Origin: Adineta vaga
Taxonomy: Eukaryota > Animalia > Rotifera
Assembly (NCBI GenBank): GCA_021613535.1
Contig: CP075495.1
Span: 7,006,001 to 7,070,000, forward strand
Length of the DNA: 64,000 nucleotides
Reading direction: 5' to 3'
Below, piece after piece: positions 1 through 21,489 of the stretch. The notes below the pieces were generated by a model, which worked only from the letters and a program-made list of their open reading frames with translations, did no database searches and was not told the DNA's origin. Both the position numbers and the translations under genes were made by a program. Numbering within the stretch: the first letter of the stretch is position 1; every line of letters starts with the position of its first letter.

Positions 1-343
1 ATATACTGAATGACATCTAAATATAAACTCAAATATAAGAAGATTATAATTGACAAAACGTATTAATTATTCTTTAGAGGAAGGGTATTTAAGAGACTAT
101 CGTCTATAAAGAATATATTCTACATAAACATACTATTGATATTTTAATGAGTAGAATTAATGGAGAATTCTTTTAATAATTTATATAAATCCTGAGAACA
201 TAAGACGCTTACGGAGACAGTCGAATTCTAATGCGCTTAGAGTTTACAATGATGATAAAAATGATCTGAAGAATTGTAAAGCTCTTTTTTTCTCATGATA
301 ATACAATTGTTGATTTCGTTTTCTTTTCTTTCTTTTTTTTTAG

Positions 344-7266
<6,923 letters not shown>

Positions 7267-10200
7267 TTTCGAACTTCTATTCATTTTTTGTTCTTTTTCT
7301 CTCTCTGTTACGGTGCTTATCTCTATGTGTATTTGCACGATTGTTGTCTTCCAGATAAATTGTATTCGTATCAATTTCATTCCCTTTTAATGTACGATCT
7401 TTTGTTTAAGATAGATCGTCATATATATATAATAGATGTGTATATTTATTTATTTCTACGTGTATGTATGTATGTATGTATCTACGTGTATTTTCTCACC
7501 AACAGTGTTTTCCAAAGATTTATTTTTCCTTTGATGCTCTGTTGATATGAAACAAATTAATAGAAGAAGTTTTTTTCTCTCTTCTTTCTCGGTTCATTAC
7601 TTACACAATTACTAATCAATTTATTTTTCGAAAAAAACATAATTTGGCTTTTTGAAATATACATGTTTATGTCATTTAATATAATGATCTATGGCAGTGC
7701 AATTGATAATTACTTTCGGGAATATTTCTTATATGATTTATTTGCTCACATTAAAAAATGTGCAAAAATATTCGTTAATGAGTTATTTTTCTTCGTCGAA
7801 CTCAGAAAGAAAATTTATACAAAATTATTACGAGGCGGAGTAGGGTCTTCTTTCTCATGAGTAAGAATTAATCGAGCGCTCGTATGACTAATCAATTTAA
7901 CTTCAAAATGTAATTAATATTCCAGTAATACATTGTATGTTTCACCAGCATTTTTATGAATATAAATAGGTTTTTACAGGTGGTAGAATGCGAACACACT
8001 GTCTCCTTTCTTCTTTCTGTTAGATTATCTCGCCTACATCATTAGAGTCTCAGCGTGACAATCGATAACAAACATCACATATAAATACGGGGTAGAAAAG
8101 AGAACGACAACACGATAAAGTGATAATATTTTTGTGACTTTCATTGCTGTATATATGGTGAGTAATAAAAATAATAGTATACGCAAAGACCATGTTTTCT
8201 CTTTTGCTTCTTATTTTCTTTTATATATGCATTTCTGTTCTGTTCTTGTCCAAAATGAAGTGATAGTAGTAGGCAGAAAAACAACGAGAGAGAGAGTGAG
8301 AGCAATCATTTGCGGTTAGAAAACTTTTTCCGATTTCTTCGAGATCCTCTGATTCTTTGTTTCTCTGCGACGAACAAAAAAAATGCGTCTGAGCAGATAC
8401 CAGAAGAGAAAATATTTCTTGATAGACGTTTTTATCAGTTGCCAGAAAAGCAAAAAACGATAGTTCAACTACTTAACGATCATACAATGTTGTAAGTAAA
8501 ATCTTCTTAGTCGTCTAATTGATCGATTTGAATGAATTCTTAATAATCTTGTCGAACTAGATCTTGTAGAGAAATTGATCAAAGGTTGACTACCCATGTC
8601 TAATGACCTTATCCCATTTTGAAGAGAGAATTTAGTTTAATAAAAATGTCAAATTTTTTCATTTATTTATTTGCTGTCCTTCACATTTGCTCATATAGAT
8701 GCGAAACCTTCATTTCTTTTTTTTGAGTCGACGTATGTCGAATGTACGGAGGCGGAAAATAAAGTAAAATAATGTTGGCAGCACGGCAGCAGCTTGAATT
8801 TCAGTAAATAAGCAATGAAACGAATTTAATCCGTACATTGCCTCTCTTTTTTTTGTACGTACCTTAATGTATCACACTGTAAAAGCAAGTAATCCTCTAT
8901 GGATGCATTTGCGTCGTTCTATCATAACAAAAACAACGAGAGCAAGTAAAGGGTTATGCAAATCGAGAATAGTTTACGATCTGAAGTTTTTTTTTCTTCA
9001 TCATTCTTTCCCTTCTTCCATTTCTTCATTTGAAATACAACCGATTTCGTTTGTTATTATTCGTCTGATCGTATTGAATTTTAAAGTAGTCACTTGTACA
9101 TATTATGCACGACGATTGAATATTGACGTATAGTAGTGATGTAATGAAATATTCTTTCATTCGTCTCAGTTAACATTCTTTTTCGAAGACGTTCATGTCT
9201 CAAAATTATATTCGCTTTCGGTATGTTTAAATGAAATTAATATGAGAAGCAAGTAATTATTGACGTTCATTTATACATCATCATAGAACTCCTTTCGTCT
9301 AATATTTCCTTCTTTTGTTTGTCTATTTGCTTCTTCTTTTTTTACTTTGTTTTTATTCTAAGAATCGGATGATGACCTCTTACTTCCATTTGTTCCATTT
9401 CTATTTCCTTTTCAGGAGTGTATCCGATCTATGGTAAGCAATGTCAATCATTTCACATTCTCTATTGACATAGAAGCCGTTGTTTTTTGTGGTTATGTCT
9501 AGCTATAAGCGATAGTCATTGATTATATTCTATTGATATAATCGTCGTCTATACCTGTAATAGATCATCAGTTGCAGTTATTGTTATATTAGAGTAGGTC
9601 TTATTCTTTTCTTACAAATGTAGATTATTTGAGTGAAGAAAGAAAAGAAAAGAAAAGAACGAAAAAAAAACAGAAAGAAAAAGAAATCATGTAAGTTATT
9701 TCCGAGCTGATTCTTTTATTTTACTATTATGCTTGGCGCAGAAATATATTTTACATGATTGCTGAAGAAGAGAGGTTCAAGAAGGATAAAAAAGAGGAAG
9801 AAGAAGAAGATGATGATGATGATGGAGAAAGCAAAAAAGAAAATTGGCCAGAAAAAAACGGAGTGCCCACATATATATATATATATATATGCACACCGTT
9901 TTTGTCTGTAGTTATATTCAACGTATGAGTTTGTCTTAGGTGATAGAGAAAGAGAGAAAGAAAGGGATCGAGATGAGGAGTGACGGAAAGAGAAAAGGAA
10001 ACAAACAAAAATACACAATTTGTATATGAGTGTACGCCAGCCAAAAATGCAAAGAATAAGTAAAATGATTGTCGTTTTGTTGGCGTGTGCGTTCGTCGAT
10101 AATACATATGTTATCAACGAACCCGTAAGGAAGAAAGAGTGCTTTACTGTCTCGAAAATGAAAGAAGTAATGCCACCAGCAAAGAAGTGTTGTTGATGTA

Positions 10201-10502
10201 AACAGGCATACTGATCGCTGTTACTTTTAATTTTTTTCTTTTCTCTTCTCTTCTCTTCTTTTCTTTTCACCTACTTCATTCTTTCCTTCAATCTCTTTAC
10301 ATACAAGGCATACCTATATATTAATATTATACACATACACACCTATTTACACGCATATCAATGTTCATGTACTCATCAATTTTAGACATTGATATTTTTC
10401 TCTTTCGTCGCAGATTGATGTGATCAATTTTGAACTATATTAAAATTATATATATTTTCAAAACGATAGTAACTACTAATACAAAATCGGTGATAAAACA
10501 AA

Positions 10503-10938
10503 ATGAGTAGTGATCGCTTTTATCAACATCGTTCACGTACAATGATACCCGTGACGGTTAATCCTAATGATGATCAACGTTTTATCCGTTTTCGTTCATC
10601 TAATACATCTGCCGATGATATAAATAATCGAATGAGTGTACGCATGCATGAATTCGAAGATGAATGTCGACGATGGCGTGAAAAGTTTTTCAATGAATCA
10701 CGATTCGATTCAGGTGCTTTTCCTTCATCATCATTACTTCGTTCAAAACCACGATTACCCGTCGATTTTCCTGATTTTCCTGAATTCGGTACTCTTGATT
10801 GGCCAACATTTCGTGGACCTGCTCTCGGTTCTAGTTCAGCATCTAATGGAATTAATCAACGATCATTTGTCGAAGAAGATAATGATGGAAGAAAAAAATA
10901 TAAAGTTGTTTTTGATACTGGTAAGAGTACATTGATAG

Positions 10939-10969
<31 letters not shown>

Positions 10970-12272
10970 AAACTTTCATTTTTTATTATTTGACTTACAG
11001 GTGAATTTCGACCAGAAGAATTAAATGTAAAAGTTGAAGGACGTATGTTAATTGTCAAAGGTGATCGACAAATCAAAGTTGGTAATGCAACAGAATCAAA
11101 ACAATTCAATCGAGAATTAACATTACCAGAATTTGTTGATGCTAAAAATTTACAGTCATATCTAACTGATGATGGTCAACTAACAATGGAAGCACCTGTA
11201 CTTCTTGATCGTGTTTATAATAATTCAGGTGTACAACCAATTACATCATCATCATCATCAAATCGTCTTGTTGACACAACATTTACGGGTGGACGACAAC
11301 CAGCATCAAGCTTAGGCTTTGGTAATAATCAATCAAGTACATATTCATCGACATCATCATCATCATCATTTCGACAAGATAATTCAGGTTTACGAGATAC
11401 AAATAATTTTCATCGAAATAGTCCTATACGTGATCCATATTCATCAACAAGTTCAACATCGACTCTTATTGGTGGAAATAATCATCATCCAGCACCAACT
11501 ACATATTCAACAACTATTTCTCGACCAGAATTTATAACTACAAATGATCGAAATCATGAGACAAAAAATGTTACTCATACATTTGATTTACATCAGTTTG
11601 CTCCAGAAGATATTGCTATTCAGGTAAATGATACAGTCTTAAAAGTCACTGCAATTAAACAACAACGTGATGGTCACAGTTCAACACATCAAGAATTTCG
11701 ACGTGAAATTGGTAAAAATTTTCAATCACTTAGTTTATTACGTAAGCATTTCTTTCGAATAGGTTTACCTGATGGAGCTGACCCGAAAAATTTAACAAAT
11801 ACATTAAATGGTGATGGTATTCTTACCATACAAATTCCTGTACGTGATTATCGTCCACCATTAACGCCAACATATCAAACACAACCATTTAATGTATCAA
11901 CAACGTCGAATTCGAACAATGCTTATAGTGGAAGAGATCAACAACTTAAACTTACATTTGATCTAAGTGGTTACAAGCCTGACGATGTTAGCGTTAAAGT
12001 AAATGATAATGTATTAAAAGGTATACATTTTCTTTTTATTTTAATTGAAAATTTATTTCTTTTCTTAATTTTTAGTTCAAGCTGTTCATGTTGATAATAC
12101 ACACGGTAATCAAATCAGTCGTGAATATATGCGTGAATATGTTTTACCAGATGGAGTCGATGCAGATAATTTACGAGCTAAAATGAGTGAAGATTCAACA
12201 CTTACAGTTGAAGTTCCTATACCACTCGATCGAGTATCTGCTGTCAATCGACAAATTAAAATAACACATTGA
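10503..12272 (+). CDS. Small heat-shock protein with three tandem alpha-crystallin (HSP20) domains, p40/major egg antigen-like; 4 coding exons
   Basis: Three ACDs (FRPEELNVKV..FNRELTLP..DDGQLTMEAP; FAPEDIAIQV..FRREIGLP..GDGILTIQIP; YKPDDVSVKV..YMREYVLP..EDSTLTVEVP) and a C-terminal IxI motif (QIKITH*). Confidence 0.9.
10945..10968 (+). repeat. (AG)n microsatellite in sHSP intron 1
   Basis: Direct reading of the sequence. Confidence 0.9.
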
Positions 12273-13070
12273 AATTAATTCTAATGACTAATTATTTCTA
12301 TAAACGCTTCTTTTCTTTTCTTCTTCTTTTGCTCTTGTTCTCTTTGACTCCTAGTCATCTCACTCTTTGTCTTTGTCTATCGATCAGCTGCATTTATATT
12401 TGCCTGATTCGTAACCTATTCATAAAGTAGACAAGATTGTGCTATATAGAGTTTATCTTTTCACTTATTTTCAATCTTTGGTTTTCATTCATTATTTCCG
12501 AACATCGTAGTGCCATACATCGAACAGTGTTAATTTGTCGTATATATACATATATATAAATCGTGTTGGATTGAAATTATTCTTACTATTTCGTCTTCTT
12601 TCTTTCTTTCTTTCTTTCTTTTTCTTCTTCTTATTAATGTGCTTTGCTGTGTCAATGAACAGAAAACAACGTTCATTTTTATAGATAACAAATGTTCACT
12701 TTTGCTGACTTTTTTCCTTTTATTTAAGTCGAAAGAAAGATATTCTATGCAGAAGATGGTTTATTTGCACTATTTGATTCGTTATTTTGTTGAGCGATAT
12801 GTACTTTTTTTTTCGATACAATAAATTGCCCATGTATTCTTGAAAATATCCCCAAAGATTGTTCATATGTTGGAAATCCTTTGATATGCAAAAGATAAAT
12901 CTTTTATATATAGAATTCTTCTTGAATGTTGAGAGTCTTTTTATTACAAAGTATCTAGTAATCATATATTCATTGATATGAGTTCTCTGAAAAATACTAT
13001 TTATCTTGTTAACATTTTGTTTGAGACAAAACACAGTGAGAAAACAGTTAGAAAAAGAAAATCACTGAGT

Positions 13071-13923
13071 TTACATATAAGTTTGAAGGCGCTCTTTTGA
13101 ACTTAATAGTACATATAATGATGAAACGCCAATACCATATAAACTACCTCGTAGAGCACCTTTCAAACCTGCTGTTGATCGATATAATAGACCAGTTACA
13201 CCTCCACTAGCAACTGTATTCAATTCATCATCAACACCACGTATGAAATTAATACCAGTACCAGTTAAACTATAAATAAGAGCTAAAAACAAGAAATATA
13301 TATCTCTTTAAATTATATTCATGAATATTGTTAGTTCACCTATGGAACCCATGGCAGAAGCTGTTGTAGCACCTTGACGAGCCACATAATTGATAATTCT
13401 AAAAATAACTATGTTGAAATGAATGAATTATAAATGAAACATACGTAGAAGTTCGTATGGATCCTGTTAAATCTCGTGTTTCACGAATACCACGATAGAG
13501 TCCCGATAAGCTACCAATAAAACTACCTAGAAATATATTTCATAATCATTCATATTTTGATTTCTATTTCTTACCGGCAATAACAGAACCACCAATTGTA
13601 AAAAACATAAGTTCGAGTCGACCACGTTTCTCTTTTTGTCCTTCTGGTAGAATAAATTGTGAACCATTCTAAAAATTCTCTTATGAACAATGCTTATCCA
13701 ATAAAATCCTCTCTCTACCGGATTCAACAATTTCGGATCAAAATTCAAATAAGGTGATAATGCATTACTACCACGTGTTGAATGAACTAAGAAAAAACCA
13801 AGCAAAATCTTTCATATTCAAAGTAATAATTAATACTCTACCAGGCACAGTTTCCGATGTATCGTTTAGATTATAATTACCAAATAAACTAAAACCACGT
13901 TTATTTGAATCATTTAAATCCAT
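13071..13923 (-). CDS. TIMM23: Mitochondrial import inner membrane translocase subunit Tim23
   Basis: ALSPYLNFDP, ILPEGQKEKRGRLEL, RGVDDELNTVASGGVTGLLYRSTAGL; several short introns. Confidence 0.9.
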
Positions 13924-14249
13924 TCTAAATGAAAAATCAATAATTGAAAAAGAACGTTTGTTCACTGTTTTTCTTTCTTTTATAAATAAATATCTACAAT
14001 TGACATAATGCATACAATAAGTTTTAAAAACCAACATAATTATTCACACTTTCGAAACGAAAATAAAATAAATTCATTGCCTGAGGTATCTATTCATACA
14101 GATTTCTATCGTCGTTTAATTGTCTATTTTATATAAAACAATATTTAATTACATTGAAAATGAATGTGATTGAATTATCGAATAACAAGAGAGAAAAAAA
14201 TAGAGAGAGAGAGAGAGAGAAAGCGGATATATCACACAGAAAACGTCTG

Positions 14250-16424
<2,175 letters not shown>

Positions 16425-16517
16425 ATCTCTCTAAAATGAATAAATAAACTATTTTATAATCAATAAAATTTCAATGCTATCGTACTAAGAATGTAGAAAA
16501 AGTAAGTAAATTCTTAC

Positions 16518-16706
16518 ATCTTGTTGTTCTTTTCGACCTGTTGCTTCTTGTAATCGTTGTTCAGCTTTACGAGCAAAATCTCTTACATTTCGATGTGCCT
16601 GTCCAACGATCAAACGTGCATCAACACGTTCTGCTAAATAATTCTTTGTTGATCGAAGACCACCTTGTAATAATTGTTGTACACGTGATTTATAAGGTTC
16701 TGCCAT
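16518..16706 (-). CDS. Alternative upstream coding exon of the Src kinase (63 aa, MAEPYKS...EQQD), in frame with MGNC
   Basis: 189-nt open frame ending GAT|GTAAG; acceptor at 16431-16432 followed by AGA GAT ATG keeps the frame. Confidence 0.65.
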
Positions 16707-18204
16707 TAGATAATATTTGCATTCGCAAAGATATGTATATATAAAGTCTATATGTCTTCGTATGTGTACATACACACAGAATTAAGTCTCTATATGTTCA
16801 GTTTGCAATGTCACACTTTCGATTTTTTTTTCGTCGTTTTTAATAAAATGCGCGTACACAAGACGAAAAAAAGTCAGGGGGACGATGATATAAGTATAGA
16901 AGGAAGAAAGAAAGAAAGAACGAACGAATGAGCGAAAGAAAAAGAGTAGTGAGTATATCGTTTTATTTTTTGTAACAGCTGCTCCTGTAGTAATTTCGTT
17001 TTCTTGGTTAGTAAATGAAAATTTTATACCTTAGGATACTCTTATTCTACCTGTATTTTTCAATAAAATATATACTATAATTATTCATCATTATAGTGTG
17101 AACAACTCTAACTGTTCTATATGAAATTACTCATTTTAATGTTTTCCTTTTCGTCTATGAGTAATCGATTGTTTTCTAACGTAGGTGTTTTATGACGTCA
17201 TGGATTTTATTAAGGGCAGACGAGATCTCATTTAATTTGATCTTTGAGATCATAAATAGAAGACAATGAAGAAAAAAAGAAACAAATCGATATTTATTTA
17301 CCTATTAATTTATTGTTTCCTTGTCAATGCATCACTTTAAACATTGATCAATTCAGATGGCTACAACGATCTAGAATGATAATTGAACAAAATATAAACT
17401 TTATTGACTTTCTTCTCTTTTTCTTCTTTTCTTGTTCGTCTATCGCAAATACGCAAGAATACACAAAGAAAGAGAACGTTACGAGGATGATTACATGTTC
17501 TGTAGTATTCTTTTTATTCGAGTAAATGCTCATATTGCGTGTATGTGCTCTTTATATAACGAGATTTCATATTATTTGACATTGAATGTGTACAATTCCC
17601 ATTGAGTTTCTCTATTCACTAGATATTAATCACAAGAAAAAAAAAATCTCCAAGGAAGATCAGTGTACAATAAGAAAAAGAAGAGAGAAAGAAACCATTT
17701 GAAAATTGATATATGTACATTCTTCTCTTGTTAATCAATAAATTGAGTAGACATGTAAAATGACAAACCTTTGACTCGTTTCTATATTAAAGAGTGAAAA
17801 ATGAGTACAAATTAAAAATGATAATCTATAGTGTCCCGACCACAAACCTTGACCTTCTTCGAATATCTAATCCTATAGCCTTCTTTTTTTTGTATTCAAA
17901 ACGGATGTTATATGATGTCGATAGATATAGCAAACATACTTGCAAGAATAATAAACAAAACTGGAGTATGTATTGAATAGTAATCGACGACAAGGAAGGA
18001 CATAGAGAAAGAATAACGATGTTGACCTAGAGAGATCAATTGAACTGTTGTTTTATCAAGAATAAAACGAATATTTAACGGTAACGGTAAATGTTCAAGG
18101 AAAATTTTCATTCATTTCTTTCGTTTTCGTTTATTTTTCAAGATCTTTTATTGGTAGTGAATTTTACGAATATATATATTTAAGATAAAAACTACAAGAT
18201 GTCA

Positions 18205-18807
18205 CTATTGTTCATTATCTAGAAAATTTCGATGACATATTTTACTTAATGCTTGCCAAGCTTTATCGCTATGTTCTGTATTCATATACGGTTTGAATCC
18301 TAAATCAGCATACATATTAATTGCTCTCCAACTTGTTGTTTGTGAATCTAAAAAACATTTTTTGGAATATTCACTAATCTTATTTAATACTGTTGTCACT
18401 AATGGTTTAGCCAATTTTCTTCCTTGATATTCTGGTATGATTGATACCCAATAAAGACTACCTTGTTCTTCACCATCTAACTCACCAAACCATGCCCATG
18501 CTGTACCTATATATTTTCCTTCTGAATTCAGCAAAAAATGCAATCGTTCTGGAAATAAATCATGATCTTTGTGACTTAAAAATTCTTTTACAAAACGATC
18601 ATATCCTTCTTGAACAGTATGAAATTCTCCAGCGGCTGTTGTAATTTCTGCCCATTTTTGTTCATCATTTGAATTCTCTTGAAAGAGTTTAATAGAATAT
18701 CCCGATGGAAGTGGATAGGCTGGTATAGAATCCATATTACTTCTATACATTTTTATTTTATAATATTCAATATCATTGTTCGATTGATGAAGATAATTAT
18801 CAGTCAT
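18205..18807 (-). CDS. GNAT-family N-acetyltransferase, intronless, bacterial-type (likely horizontally acquired)
   Basis: Acetyl-CoA motif WVSIIPEYQGRKLAKPL and AINMYADLGF; single uninterrupted ORF; first ATG at 18807. Confidence 0.85.
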   Translation of the reverse strand: MTDNYLHQSNNDIEYYKIKMYRSNMDSIPAYPLPSGYSIKLFQENSNDEQKWAEITTAAGEFHTVQEGYDRFVKEFLSHKDHDLFPERLHFLLNSEGKYIGTAWAWFGELDGEEQGSLYWVSIIPEYQGRKLAKPLVTTVLNKISEYSKKCFLDSQTTSWRAINMYADLGFKPYMNTEHSDKAWQALSKICHRNFLDNEQ

Positions 18808-19353
18808 ATTACAATGAAATAGTCCTATATCTTGACACAAACGTAAAAAGTAAATAACTAGTATTCTTGCGTTCCTTCATCTTATTTTATCTAGCCGCTT
18901 ATCACGTTTCTATTTTTATCGTTTGACTAATAAAGCAAATAGGCAGATATTGCTATACATTGCCCTACAAATCAGTACAAAAGTTAGTCGATAATGAATT
19001 CTATTGAATCTATTTCAAAACATTTAAAAGTGAAAATTTCAACATCAACAATTTCAAATGACATCTTCACAGAGAAAGCATGCTTCTGTTTATATGACAC
19101 AAAAAATCGACTAAAACGTAGGCAGTTGATCAGAAATGTTTGTTCTAACAGAAAGAGAATAAACATCGTTAGGTTTTTTCATGCTATTTTCTCTCGTTGT
19201 ATAGCATTTGTCAATTTCTTTTTTCATTCTTTATTTTTGCACCAAACAGCAACAGTAAGTACATTTATTTGAGAAACAAATCAACAGCGGAACATTCAAG
19301 GTCGATAAAAACCTTTTTCTGACAGCAAATTTTATGATATTTATTATAGAAAA

Positions 19354-19773
19354 ATGAGTACCGAAGAAACATCTTGGATTTATTCACAAATTTTCAAGGA
19401 AATTTTATATGACATCAAGGAAGAGGATCGAGCAAACGTGAAAGAATTTTGTAAAGATCTATATATCAATGAAAATACTTTTGATTTAATTGCAACACAA
19501 CGACAATTGATCGAAGAATATGATAGTCTTAGAGTAACAACAGCAGATTCAAATCCTTATGTTGCTTTGGGAAACTTACTATTGGATAAGAAAGATTATG
19601 ATCGAGCAGAACATTTCTATTTAAAAGGTCTTGAAACAGAAAAAGACAATGGGTCATCTCAAATGAAAATATTAACTCAGTTGAGTCGAGTTTCTGTCGG
19701 AAAAAATCAACTTGATCAAGCAAGAAAATATCAAGCACAAGCAAATGCAATTAAAGAACAACATCCAACATGA
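19354..19773 (+). CDS. Small TPR protein; internally deleted paralog of the ART-TPR family, lacking the ART domain
   Basis: N-terminal SWIYSQIFKEIL matches SFMYTQIFKEIL of the 27-29 kb gene; followed by TPR YVALGNLLLDKKDYDRAEHFY and a second TPR-like pair; intact 139-aa intronless ORF. Confidence 0.7.
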   Translation: MSTEETSWIYSQIFKEILYDIKEEDRANVKEFCKDLYINENTFDLIATQRQLIEEYDSLRVTTADSNPYVALGNLLLDKKDYDRAEHFYLKGLETEKDNGSSQMKILTQLSRVSVGKNQLDQARKYQAQANAIKEQHPT

Positions 19774-19964
19774 ATTTAATCGAACAACGAACAATTTTTT
19801 GTTTTATCTATTAACGAAAGAAAAAAAACACACTTACCCTACCCATATATAATGTCTTTGAACAAAGAACATTTTATCAGTGAATAATCGATTAACCAAT
19901 AATATTATATTAAAATTCAAATCAGTTTAAGTTCTATAGATCAGTCTTTTATTCAAACAGTGTT

Positions 19965-21367
19965 ATGAAATCATTGATTTTTCTTCAAATTTTATTTTCC
20001 TTTGTTTACACAAGATCAATTAATAATAGAGAGAATATTCAAGTAAATTAGATTTTGTTCAACATATATATATATGATGAGTAATAATGTATTCGTAGAT
20101 TCTCTCCGTATCAGCTAAGACTTTAAATATTCATCCATTAAAAGATGAAATAAAACTTGGACAAGTAGGTGGTGTAGCCACATCAATTAAAGATAAAAAT
20201 GAATTATTTATTTTTCATCGTGGATCAAGAGAATGGAACCAATAGTAAGACTTATTGGAAAGAGAATATCCAAAAGATGTTTTAATTATATATTTCTATG
20301 CAGTTCATTTCCTGATGGTATTCATTTTAATCGAAATCAATTTGGTCCTATACCTGAAAAGACAATTCTTAATGTTAATAGTCAAACTGGTGAAATTATA
20401 AATCAATGGGGTAATAATACGTAAGTATTCTGCTCTCCAAGAAGAGAATAATAAAATGAAAACATGCATTGAAGATTTTATATGCCACATGGTTTATCAA
20501 TTGATCATCAAGGAAATTTTTGGTTGACGGATGTTGCAATGCATCAGGTAATATATTCTTAATATTTAGTTTTTTTCTTTTGATGTTACTGTTATAAGGT
20601 TTTCAAATATTCGAAAGACAAATTAGTGTTGACTTTGGGTGAATTATTTGTACCTGGCGATGATTCAACACATTTTTGTAAACCAACAGATGTTGCTATA
20701 TCAAATACTGGTGAAGATATTTATGTTGCTGATGGATATTGTAATTCACGTATTGTTAAATTTGATTCGAAAGGAAAATTTATTAAACAATATCGAATGC
20801 CTGTTGGAGAAAAACAACTTCTGATTCCACATAGTCTTGTTCTGATTGAATCACTTCAACTTATTTGTGTAGCTGATCGAGAAAATCGAAGGTAAGATTT
20901 CATTATCTTTTTCGATTTTTTCTTTTCGAATGAATTCTATCTACAGAATTGTTTGTTTCAATACGAAAACGAATGAAGGAAAAGTCAAATTTATCATTGA
21001 ACATCCTTCAATAAAAACGATCTATGCGATTACATACAATTCAAATAAAAGTATGTTATAATCAAATGTTATCTTATCAATCAATGATATTTTCTTTGAT
21101 TAGATCATCTCTATGCTGTAAGTGGAAAAAATCAAATGATGGAAGCAGTTGGTTATACTTTCAGTACGAATCTCGATTCATTTGGTAAGCTTCTTAGTAT
21201 TTGGAAGCCACAAGAGGTTAGTTTTTATTGTTCAGTTCAATGTAATATTTCTTAATATTTAGAAATTTGGTGAACCACATGATTTGACTTTAAGTGTTGA
21301 TGGACAAGCTTTATTTGTTGGTGAAATTCGTCCAAATCTTATTCGTTTATTTAATAATCTCGATTAA
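19965..21367 (+). CDS. Peptidyl-alpha-hydroxyglycine alpha-amidating lyase (monofunctional PAL, NHL repeats)
   Basis: Signal peptide MKSLIFLQILFSFVYT; IFHRG, FYMPHGLSID..WLTDVAMHQV, FCKPTDVA, VADGYCNSRI, CVADRENRRI, EPHD. Confidence 0.9.
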
Positions 21368-21489
21368 TTTTATCTCAAATTCTTCATAATAATTTGTGTT
21401 CTTTTTTTTCTATATATATTTGTTCGTAAAGTTCTATTAATTAAAAAATCTTTATCAACGAATACATTCTCAGAAGTTTTTACATCTCA

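Noticed and set aside
9716-10270. 184-aa and 118-aa minus-strand ORFs
   Set aside because: Translations of simple-repeat, low-complexity sequence upstream of the sHSP; no domain signal
7300-10400. Heat-shock elements or small genes in the long intergenic region
   Set aside because: No clean triple nGAAn array was found; the short ORFs lack coding character
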